A stretch of 32,000 bases of DNA from Akkermansia muciniphila ATCC BAA-835 (GTDB lineage Bacteria; Verrucomicrobiota; Verrucomicrobiia; Verrucomicrobiales; Akkermansiaceae), in NCBI RefSeq assembly GCF_000020225.1, contig NC_010655.1:120001-152000 (forward strand), written 5' to 3'. Below are positions 24,852 to 32,000 of this stretch, in pieces (position 1 is the first letter of the stretch; each line of letters begins with the position of its first letter). Below the pieces are notes generated by a model that saw nothing but the letters and a program-made list of their open reading frames with translations, had not been told where the DNA came from and did no database searches. The translations under genes and the position numbers were made by a program.

Positions 24852-25903
24852 AGTCCCTCCTTCCCCGGCCGAGGCTGCTGCTGGGTGATGCAGTGGATGG
24901 CGCCGCCTTCCAGCACCAGCTTGCGGGCATCCACCCCTATTACCTGTTTTCCGCTGAAACATTCACGCAAAATGCCCAGGGCGCGATCGTCATTCCGGGG
25001 CTGGTTGAATACGGGAACAATGACGGCCTCATTAACAATGAGGAAATTGGCGTAACTGGCAGGGAGCTGATCCAGGCGCCAGTCCTCCGCATGGAGGGGA
25101 TCCGGCATCGGCAGGGGAATCACCTCCACCCCGGAACCGTCCACGCATCTCAAATCCTGAAGGCGTTCATTATTCTCCGCCAGAGCGCGGTAATGGGGAG
25201 AGGAAGAATCCGTTTCCACGATGGAGACTACGGCATCCCGGCACACAAAACGCACCATGTCGTCAATATGGCCGTCCGTATCATCCCCTTCAATGCCGGA
25301 ACCGAGCCAGAAAACGGCTCTGACGCCCAGCATGCGCTTCAATTCCTCCTCAATCATGGCCCGGCTCCAATCCGGATTGCGGTTGGGATTCAGCAGCACG
25401 GACTCCGTCGTCACCAGCAAGCCGTCCCCATTGCCCTCAATCGCCCCCCCTTCCAGAATCAGGGAAGAACTGCGCACGGGAAGCCCCAGCGCCGCCCCAA
25501 TCAGGGCGGGAACGCCGTTGTCCAGGTCCCACGGGGCAAATTTGCCGCCCCACGCATTAAATTGCCAATCCGCCAGCATCAGGGAACCGTCCTTCACATC
25601 CTGGACGAAAACGGGGCCGTGGTCCCGGCACCATACGTCGTTGGTCGGGTGGTTGAACAGGCGGAATTGCTCCTCACTCATTCCGGAGGCCAGCATCGCC
25701 TGCCTGACGCCGGGATGAAGGGGAGCTGCGGCATTCACGCATACAAGGGCATGCGGAGCAATGGCAGCGGCCACGCTCCCATAAGTCTGCTGCAACTCGT
25801 CCAGCCCCCCTTGCCATAAATCCCTGCGGTGGGGCCAGGACAGCCAGACAGCATCCTGAGGCTCCCATTCAGCGGGCCAGCGTACATCGGGTTCCTTGTT
25901 CAT
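24848..25903 (-). CDS. aguA: Agmatine deiminase (peptidyl-arginine deiminase fold)
   Basis: WPAEWEPQDAVWLSWPH at the N-terminus, DTDGHIDD in the middle, and the catalytic Cys motif GGAIHCITQQQP at the C-terminus. I place the start at ATG 25903 (MNKEPDVRWPAEWE). Confidence 0.88.
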   Translation of the reverse strand: MNKEPDVRWPAEWEPQDAVWLSWPHRRDLWQGGLDELQQTYGSVAAAIAPHALVCVNAAAPLHPGVRQAMLASGMSEEQFRLFNHPTNDVWCRDHGPVFVQDVKDGSLMLADWQFNAWGGKFAPWDLDNGVPALIGAALGLPVRSSSLILEGGAIEGNGDGLLVTTESVLLNPNRNPDWSRAMIEEELKRMLGVRAVFWLGSGIEGDDTDGHIDDMVRFVCRDAVVSIVETDSSSPHYRALAENNERLQDLRCVDGSGVEVIPLPMPDPLHAEDWRLDQLPASYANFLIVNEAVIVPVFNQPRNDDRALGILRECFSGKQVIGVDARKLVLEGGAIHCITQQQPRPGKEGL

Positions 25904-25919
25904 GGCGGTATCGGGCGGT

Positions 25920-26315
25920 TCAACTGGGCTGGTCCTGAAATTCATAAGGCTCTTCAAAAGCCTTGCGGAAGCTCATGAAGCCCTTGAAATCATCCAGGGA
26001 ATCCTCCGGCTGTTTGGAAAAAACGTCTTCCTCAATCAGTAAAAAAACCATCTCCCCCACATTCTTCCCGTTCCTAAGCCCCCATTCCTTCATCACGGTG
26101 GAAGCCATGGGCCCGAACTGGGCGAGGGCGTAATCCCGGAACCCTTCCAGCAGTTCCTGCCCGCTGACATGCCTCTGAGAGCCGTTTTCCCTTTCTTCAA
26201 CGCGCTGCATGGTAAAATCCAGCGCATCTTTCAGAAAAGAATATGCCCGTTCCGCAAAACGGGGATCCTTCCGTACGATACGGCTCACGGCATCTTCAAA
26301 CGTAGGGGTGGTCAT
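25920..26315 (-). CDS. Conserved hypothetical protein (131 aa), possibly a PVC-restricted small protein family
   Basis: Clean ORF with gene-like composition that sits first in the long minus-strand block. The sequence (DPRFAERAYSFLKDALDF...HVSGQELLEGFRDYA) reminds me of the family annotated as Minf_1886-like, but I cannot verify that. Confidence 0.6.
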   Translation of the reverse strand: MTTPTFEDAVSRIVRKDPRFAERAYSFLKDALDFTMQRVEERENGSQRHVSGQELLEGFRDYALAQFGPMASTVMKEWGLRNGKNVGEMVFLLIEEDVFSKQPEDSLDDFKGFMSFRKAFEEPYEFQDQPS

Positions 26316-26652
26316 AGCGGCTCACCGCTACCCTATACGGCTCCTTGTGAAAATCAAGATTTTTGGGAGCGCTCCAGCTTCAGCCCTCCCTTGGGGACAG
26401 CATGGGGAAAATGAAGGCAGCCGCCCCCTCGCTGGAACGGAACGCCGGACGCGGCAGACGGCAAAATTCCCGTCCATGATATAGATATAGAGCCTCAAAA
26501 AACGCACGCGCCCGCATTTTGAATATCATGCTTCTGCATGAGCGACCCTCCGGCAGGCAGCGGTTTTTACGTTCTGATGCCGTCAAAAAGCCCTGTAAGC
26601 AGGAAGGAAACCTTGCCAGCCTATGGTCTGTTTGTTATGAACGGAATACTTT

Positions 26653-27972
26653 ATGTTCCGTTCCTCCATCATGCTTCTGGCAACCATGCTGTGCGTTTCC
26701 TGCGTATCGCACCGGCCTATCCAGGACAGCAGCTCCCCGCCCATTGACGCGGCCAATCCCCTGGACGGCACCCCCGTGGCGCTGGCGTGGAGCTCCGGAA
26801 CGCAATTAATGATGGGCGTAGACACGGGAGCAGTCCAGACATCCCTGCTTTTCTCCCCGGCAGTGGAATCCATCGGCGCACGCCTGCGCGGCAGGGGCGC
26901 CATGCGCACGGCCAACGTGCCCGTTTCCCTGAAGGATGACGGGGAACCCATTTCCCGGAAACAGGACGTAGTAATGGCAGACCAGGCCCCGTATGACGGT
27001 TTGCTGGGCTGGGAATGCATCCGGAAATATGTGTGGAACATCAACTATCCCAAACGCTCCCACCGTTTTTTCAATAAACTTCCCTCCAGAATAAAAAGCT
27101 GGAACAAGCTTTCCCTGATTCCCGGATCCGACTATCCGCAAATCGCGGACAGGCACGGAAGGCGCATCATTCTGGACACGGGAGCCCCCCACGCCGTTTA
27201 CATCTCCAAAAAACGCTGGAATGCCATTAAGCAGGCCTACCCGGATGCGTTCGTCAGCGTCTATTCCGGCTATAGCCCCGCCGCAGGCGGCTTTTACGCC
27301 CACGAATGCATGCATGTAAGCTCCTTCCAGCTCGGTCCACTGGAATTAAAAAATATCCTGCTCTGTGAAAGCTTCGCCAACCCGGAAGTGATGGGCATCC
27401 CCGATGACATCGACATCATCCTGGGCTACGGCGCTCTGGCCGCACGCCAGTTCTGGCTGGACGGCCCGGGGAACGCCCTTTATTTCAGCTCCACCAGCCA
27501 CCGGATGCCCGCCCCCGCCTCCTTCAACCTGATGGGAGGCACCTTTATCCAGGACAGCAACGGGAACGGCCCCATGAAAGCTTACGTGGCAGAGTGGTCT
27601 CCCGCATGGGACGCCGGCCTCAGGACGGGAGATGTGCTTATTTCCATCAATGGAAGAAAGAATCCCTATCCGGACCTCGTAGAATATGTTACCACCCAGC
27701 GGGGGGCTCAGGCCAGCGTGGTGGTCCAGCGCAGGAACAGGCTGGTGCGCATCCAATGGGAAGTTCCGGCCGCGCCCCCTGCCGGGGATTATTACCCCAC
27801 GCCCCAGGCCATTACGGAACAGGAATTCGAAAACCACGTCAGGCAGCAGGAAAAAAAAGAACAGACCCAGCCCTCCGCAGACGGCCAGCAGCCTCCGGCT
27901 ACGGCCGGAGAAACTCCGGATGAAGCCTCTCCCGCAGCTGACGGGAAAACGGACAAGGCCTCCGCTGCCTGA
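26653..27972 (+). CDS. Lipoprotein with two retropepsin-like aspartic protease lobes (two DTG motifs) and a C-terminal PDZ domain
   Basis: Signal peptide with Cys (LATMLCVSC). The two motifs are MMGVDTGAVQT and RIILDTGAPHAVY, about 120 aa apart. PDZ-like segment AGLRTGDVLISINGRK. Acidic/Pro-rich low-complexity tail. Confidence 0.75.
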   Translation: MFRSSIMLLATMLCVSCVSHRPIQDSSSPPIDAANPLDGTPVALAWSSGTQLMMGVDTGAVQTSLLFSPAVESIGARLRGRGAMRTANVPVSLKDDGEPISRKQDVVMADQAPYDGLLGWECIRKYVWNINYPKRSHRFFNKLPSRIKSWNKLSLIPGSDYPQIADRHGRRIILDTGAPHAVYISKKRWNAIKQAYPDAFVSVYSGYSPAAGGFYAHECMHVSSFQLGPLELKNILLCESFANPEVMGIPDDIDIILGYGALAARQFWLDGPGNALYFSSTSHRMPAPASFNLMGGTFIQDSNGNGPMKAYVAEWSPAWDAGLRTGDVLISINGRKNPYPDLVEYVTTQRGAQASVVVQRRNRLVRIQWEVPAAPPAGDYYPTPQAITEQEFENHVRQQEKKEQTQPSADGQQPPATAGETPDEASPAADGKTDKASAA

Positions 27973-28007
27973 GCCGGGCCAGCAACCAGCCATCTCTCTA
28001 CACCGGC

Positions 28008-29318
28008 ATGAACAACGAACAACATCAAAATACCCACACTTCCGCCGCCCCCGCCATTCCCTCCCCCTTCCAGAAGAAAACCTGCTGGCATGCCCTGACA
28101 GGCGTATCCATTCTGGTGATGCTGGGCATTGCGGCCTTCGTCATTTTTGAAGTAGTGGAACTTCTGGGGTTTCTGGAACCGGTGCTCCTGCCCATCCTGA
28201 TTGCCGCCGTCGTGGCGTATTTGCTGGAACCCATCGTTTCCTGGCTGGTGCGTCTCAAATTCTCCCGTCCATGGGCCGTAGTCACGGTCATGTTTGCGGC
28301 TCTGGCCGTTCTGGTAGGCTTTGGAGCCACGATTCTCCCTCCCCTGATCAGGCAGACGGATGAACTGATCGACAACCGGATGGAGCTATGGGACAAAACC
28401 TCCGAACTGATTGACTCCACCATTGAAATCCCCTTCATTTCCCGCACCATTGACAGTGTTTACAGCACCAGCCTGCGGGAACTGAATGCCAGCCATTATA
28501 CGGAAGCGGAAGTCCATGACCTGAGAAACGCCCGGACCGCCCGGGAAAAGCTGGGAGCCTACATGACCATCAATTCCTCCTTTTACCAGGACAAGCTGAT
28601 GAGCTGGCTCACTTCCGGGGGACGGGCCCTGTACAGCACCATAGGAATCATGGTCAGCATCCTGATCACGCCCATTTTCGCTTTTTACTTTCTGCTGGAG
28701 GCGGATAAAATCAAAGAGAAATGGCCCAGCATCCTGCCCCTGAAAGTCTCCAAATTCAGAAAAGACGTGGTGGACACCATGGAGGAAATCAACGGCTACC
28801 TGATTTCCTTCTTCCGCGGCCAAATGCTGGTAAGCATCATTGAAGGCATTCTGATTGCCATCTGCCTGAAACTGATAGGCCTGCCGTACGCCATCACCAT
28901 CGGCGCCGCGGTCTGCGTGCTGGGCATCGTTCCCTACCTGGGCATCATCACCGCCTTTATCCCTGCGGTGCTGCTGGCCTGGTTCACATGGGGGGATTTC
29001 CAGCACGTGCTGATTGTTTCGGGCATCTTCCTGGCCGTCAACCAATTTGACGGATGGATCATCCAGCCGAAAATCGTGGGGGATTCCGTGGAACTCCACC
29101 CGCTCACGGTCATGTTTTCCGTGTTGATCTGGACACTCATCCTGGGCGGCTTGATCGGCGCCCTGCTGGCTGTCCCCCTGACAGCCGCCATCAAGGTCCT
29201 TTACAAGCGGTACATCTGGCAAAATGCCAGCATGCGCCCCATGACGGACCCCGTGCTTCCGCCGGAACATCCCGGCGAACAGCCTCCGGACCCCCCCGAA
29301 GGTTCGGCCCACGCTTAA
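28008..29318 (+). CDS. AI-2E family transporter (PerM/YhhT, UPF0118)
   Basis: 436 aa with multiple TM helices. Family-typical arrangement and C-terminal segment (GGLIGALLAVPLTAAIKVLYKRY). Confidence 0.8.
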   Translation: MNNEQHQNTHTSAAPAIPSPFQKKTCWHALTGVSILVMLGIAAFVIFEVVELLGFLEPVLLPILIAAVVAYLLEPIVSWLVRLKFSRPWAVVTVMFAALAVLVGFGATILPPLIRQTDELIDNRMELWDKTSELIDSTIEIPFISRTIDSVYSTSLRELNASHYTEAEVHDLRNARTAREKLGAYMTINSSFYQDKLMSWLTSGGRALYSTIGIMVSILITPIFAFYFLLEADKIKEKWPSILPLKVSKFRKDVVDTMEEINGYLISFFRGQMLVSIIEGILIAICLKLIGLPYAITIGAAVCVLGIVPYLGIITAFIPAVLLAWFTWGDFQHVLIVSGIFLAVNQFDGWIIQPKIVGDSVELHPLTVMFSVLIWTLILGGLIGALLAVPLTAAIKVLYKRYIWQNASMRPMTDPVLPPEHPGEQPPDPPEGSAHA

Positions 29319-29377
29319 ACAACGGCATCCTTCCGACCATCTTTTCCGGAAAATTATAATCACACACACCTGACAAC

Positions 29378-30958
29378 ATGAATAAATCCGCATTACACCT
29401 GATGCTTGCCATGGCGGCGGCAGCGGCCTGCCCGGCCGCAGTCACGCCAACGGTCAAGCCACCCAAGGCCATCGTCATGATTTACGCTGACGACCTCGGC
29501 TATGGAGACGTAGGCTGCTATGGAGCCAAGGGAATTCCCACCCCCGCCATCGACAAGCTTGCCGAGCAGGGCTGCCGCTTCACGGACGCCTATTCCACCA
29601 CATCCGTCTGCACCCCTTCCCGCTATGCCCTGTTCACAGGGGAATATCCGTGGCGCAAGGAAGGCACGGGCATCCTGCCGGGAGATGCCGCCCTCATTAT
29701 CGATACCAAGAAGCCCACCCTGCCCAAGATGCTCCAATCCCACGGCTACAAAACCTACATGATAGGCAAATGGCACCTGGGCCTGGGGGAAAAGGGGAAG
29801 AAGATTGACTGGAACAAACATATCTCCCCCAGCCCGAACGAAATCGGATTTGACGAGAGCTTTATCTTCGCCGCTACGGGCGACCGCGTTCCCTGCGTGA
29901 TTCTGGAAAACGGCAATGTCCGCAACCTGGACCCGAACGACCCCATTGAAGTATCCTACAAGCACAACTTCCCCGGGCTTCCCAATGGCAAGGATAATAA
30001 GGACCAGCTCAAACTCATGTGGAGCCACGGACACAACCAGGCTATTATCAATGGGATCGGACGCATCGGGTTCATGAAGGGCGGCAGAAGCGCCTTGTGG
30101 AAGGATGAGGAAAACGCCGATATCATTACGGATAAGGCCATTGAATACATTCAAAAAAGCGCCAAAGCCAAGGAACCGTTTTTCCTGATGTTCGCCACGC
30201 ATGACATCCACGTGCCGCGCTGCCCGGAAAAACGCTTTGTGGGCAAGAGCCGGCACGGCGTGCGCGGTGACGTGACCGTGGAACTGGATGACTGTGTGCG
30301 CCGCATTACAGAGGCTCTGCAACAGGCCGGTCTGGAAAAAGACGCCCTGGTGATCTTCTCCAGCGACAACGGTCCCGTGCTGGATGACGGCTACAGGGAT
30401 TTCGCCGTCCGGGACAACGCCACCCATTCCCCCGCCGGCCCCTTCCGCGCAGGCAAATACAGCATTCTGGAAGGAGGTTCCCGCATTCCGTTTATCGTCA
30501 AATGGCCCGGCGTGATCAAACCCGGAACCACGAGCAAAGCCCTGCTCAATCAAATGGATTTGGGGGCCTCCCTGGAACAGCTGCTGGCCCCCGGCAAGGC
30601 CAATTCCTTCCGCGACTCTGAAAACGTGATGCCCGCCCTTCTGGGCAAATCCGCCAAGGGGCGTGACTACCATGTCATCAACAGCACCGGCAAGGCATTG
30701 GCGATTCGCCACGGCAAATGGAAATTCATTCCCGCCGGCGTGGCCATTCGCGACGGCATCAACGGAGCCTCCGCAAAAATGAGCAAGTCCCCGGAAGGAG
30801 GAAGCCTCTTTGACCTGGAAAAAGACCCGAAGGAACTTGACAACGTAGCCTCCCAGCATCCGGACATTTGCGAACAGATGAAAGCCAAGCTTGAGGAAAT
30901 CCGCCAGAGGCCCGAAACCAAGGCTGACCAGGAGGACCTGCTTCCCTTGGACGACTAA
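29378..30958 (+). CDS. Arylsulfatase (Cys-type, formylglycine-dependent), secreted
   Basis: Signal peptide; metal site DDLGYGD; sulfatase signature CTPSRYALFTGEYP; GKWHLG. Confidence 0.92.
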   Translation: MNKSALHLMLAMAAAAACPAAVTPTVKPPKAIVMIYADDLGYGDVGCYGAKGIPTPAIDKLAEQGCRFTDAYSTTSVCTPSRYALFTGEYPWRKEGTGILPGDAALIIDTKKPTLPKMLQSHGYKTYMIGKWHLGLGEKGKKIDWNKHISPSPNEIGFDESFIFAATGDRVPCVILENGNVRNLDPNDPIEVSYKHNFPGLPNGKDNKDQLKLMWSHGHNQAIINGIGRIGFMKGGRSALWKDEENADIITDKAIEYIQKSAKAKEPFFLMFATHDIHVPRCPEKRFVGKSRHGVRGDVTVELDDCVRRITEALQQAGLEKDALVIFSSDNGPVLDDGYRDFAVRDNATHSPAGPFRAGKYSILEGGSRIPFIVKWPGVIKPGTTSKALLNQMDLGASLEQLLAPGKANSFRDSENVMPALLGKSAKGRDYHVINSTGKALAIRHGKWKFIPAGVAIRDGINGASAKMSKSPEGGSLFDLEKDPKELDNVASQHPDICEQMKAKLEEIRQRPETKADQEDLLPLDD

Positions 30959-30977
30959 CATCCATTCGGGCCAGATC

Positions 30978-31466
30978 ATGAGAGAATCCGCCACATGCTC
31001 CCAATGCGGCCACGGGTACACCTACCCGGCCGGACTGGACGCCAAAACCGGCATGCGCTGCCCGGCGTGCGGCCTTCTGATTCACGTTACAACGGGGCTT
31101 CCCTTCGGGGAAGCCTCCTCTTCGCCATCCGGCCGCAAACCGGAAAACGCCATGAAAACGCACCCCGCCCTGCCTCCCGTCAGAAAAAAGCGGACGTCTT
31201 TCTCCGGACGCGATACTGACGAACGCGGCATCCGGCAGGAAAACCTGCCGCAGCGGCCAGCCGCAGCATCCGGCCGCCGGATTCCCGCTACATCATGGCT
31301 GGCATGGGGGCTGTCCCTGATCGCGTTGATTCTGGCCTTTATTTTCCCCTCCTACGGAAACGGTTCCACAGATCCGCTGTACATGCTTCAGTGCCTGCCC
31401 TCCATGGTATTCGGCTGCACTGCGGCCATCCTTTTCATCCAGGGCCTGGCGGCTATGCGCCGCTAA
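30978..31466 (+). CDS. Zinc-ribbon membrane protein (hypothetical)
   Basis: N-terminal CSQC...CPAC zinc-ribbon pattern, a basic linker, and two C-terminal hydrophobic helices. I place the start at ATG 30978, because the track start at 30891 would overlap the sulfatase. Confidence 0.6.
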   Translation: MRESATCSQCGHGYTYPAGLDAKTGMRCPACGLLIHVTTGLPFGEASSSPSGRKPENAMKTHPALPPVRKKRTSFSGRDTDERGIRQENLPQRPAAASGRRIPATSWLAWGLSLIALILAFIFPSYGNGSTDPLYMLQCLPSMVFGCTAAILFIQGLAAMRR

Positions 31467-31480
31467 AAAACAAAGCCTGC

Positions 31481-31496
31481 GGCCCCATCCGGGGCC
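31481..31496 (+). terminator. GC hairpin after the zinc-ribbon gene (weak terminator candidate)
   Basis: GGCCCC-atcc-GGGGCC lies 15 nt after the stop. No U-tract follows. Confidence 0.3.
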
Positions 31497-31619
31497 CATG
31501 CGGCAGCCCCGCCCCAAAAACGGCCGGAATGCCTGGTTTCCATGCCCCTTTCCGCGGAACCGGGCTTTTAGGCTTGCCTGTCAAATGAACAGATTTTAAG
31601 TTACGTCCCGGTAAACGTT

Positions 31620-32000
31620 ATGGAACGGGAGGCAGAGGCGAAGGACAACCTGTGGAGGGCCAGACTGGATGCCGTCCTGATGCACAGGATATGGGGTTCC
31701 CTTATTTTCCTGGGCATCGTTTATATTATTTTCTTCCTGAGCTTCGCTATCGGGGATCCTCTGGTCAGGCTCATCCAGACGGGTACCCAGCTGTTCAGCG
31801 TCTGGGCCTGCCGCATGCTGGAACCGTGGCCCCGCCTTCAATCCCTGCTGGGGGAAGGCGTGGTAGGAGGCGTGGGCGGCGTACTGGCCTTTCTGCCCAA
31901 CGTGGTTCTCCTCTTCGGGGCCATTACCGTTCTGGAAAACAGCGGATACATGATGAGGGTTTCCCGCCTGATGAGCCGCATCATGAAAATCATGGGGTTG
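31620..32000 (+). CDS. FeoB-like membrane (gate/nucleoside-recognition) module that begins without a G domain; 3' end outside the window
   Basis: Hand translation gives MEREAEAKDNLWRARLDAVLMHRIWGSLIFLGIVYIIFF...GGVGGVLAFLPNVVLLFGAITVLENSGYMMRVSRLMSRIMKIMGL. This matches the start of the FeoB membrane domain (DxxLxHRxxGxxIFL ... LEDSGYMxRxxxxMDRxMxxxGL). An in-frame TAA at 31596-31598 closes the frame upstream. Confidence 0.75.
   Translation, partial: MEREAEAKDNLWRARLDAVLMHRIWGSLIFLGIVYIIFFLSFAIGDPLVRLIQTGTQLFSVWACRMLEPWPRLQSLLGEGVVGGVGGVLAFLPNVVLLFGAITVLENSGYMMRVSRLMSRIMKIMGL

Noticed and set aside
24852-24962. 5' extensions of track ORFs that overlap upstream genes: 24852-24962 (FAD protein), 25904-25957 (aguA), 30891-30977 (zinc-ribbon protein), 4055-4156 (methyltransferase), 3103-3192 (ROK), 17663-17731 (RND adaptor) and 1895-1939 (rpsR).
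   Set aside because: The extensions overlap neighbouring coding regions or add non-homologous, composition-odd residues ahead of well-defined family N-termini or signal peptides. Internal ATG or GTG starts fit better.
26316-26652. The divergent intergenic region, which contains the GGAGCGCTCC palindrome (26366-26375) and a short ATAGATATAG repeat.
   Set aside because: These are short elements with no second copy in the window and no clear relation to promoter hexamers. That is not enough to call a regulatory site.
1-32000. A search of the whole window for CRISPR arrays, tRNA or rRNA genes, IS elements, integrases, phage genes, toxin-antitoxin pairs or known defence-system components.
   Set aside because: None was recognisable by eye. 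There are no regularly spaced repeats, no T-loop-containing cloverleaf candidates in the intergenic regions, and no DDE, tyrosine-recombinase or serine-recombinase motifs in any ORF.

Overview
The window reads as a gene-dense, mostly core chromosomal segment of a moderately GC-rich bacterium. Protein content (several lipoproteins, a Cys-type sulfatase, PVC-style conserved hypotheticals) suggests Verrucomicrobiota, possibly Akkermansia-like, but that is inference only. I support about 33 protein-coding genes. I could not recognise any rRNA, tRNA, CRISPR array, transposase, integrase or phage gene.

Gene order:
- Minus strand, 1-2957: a CcsA/YpjD-like membrane protein (cut by the window edge), folE2, rpsR, rpmG and a DksA-like protein.
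- Plus strand, 3193-6045: a ROK kinase, an RsmB/F-like RNA m5C methyltransferase, a YfcE-like phosphoesterase and a NUDIX hydrolase.
- 6046-6753: an unusually long gap of about 700 bp with no convincing gene.
- Plus strand, 6754-11678: a four-gene MacAB-type ABC efflux operon that carries its own NodT-family outer-membrane lipoprotein.
- Minus strand, 26315 down to 11881: a long co-directional block. In transcription order it holds a small conserved hypothetical, aguA, a COG2509-type FAD protein, a lower-GC orphan exported protein, purE, pyrR, pyrB, pyrC, trmO, marR, an RND adaptor, an RND pump and a serine hydrolase.
- Plus strand, 26653-32000: a double-DTG aspartic-protease/PDZ lipoprotein, an AI-2E transporter, an arylsulfatase, a zinc-ribbon membrane protein and a FeoB-like permease module that starts without a G domain (cut by the window edge).

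I did not find a convincing new defence, mobile or RNA-guided system. The most system-like observations are:
1. A dksA-like(CxxS/TxxC)-rpmG(C-)-rpsR(C-)-folE2 block that resembles a zinc-sparing (Zur-type) module. Its DksA-like protein also carries a Lys/Ala/Pro-rich, Cys-containing N-terminal extension.
2. Two identical 14-bp palindromes bracketing marR. They are good candidate operators for marR and the RND operon.
3. The unexplained, strand-asymmetric 700-bp noncoding gap upstream of the ABC efflux operon.

All calls come from reading the sequence and ORF translations and from remembered family motifs. No database search was run.
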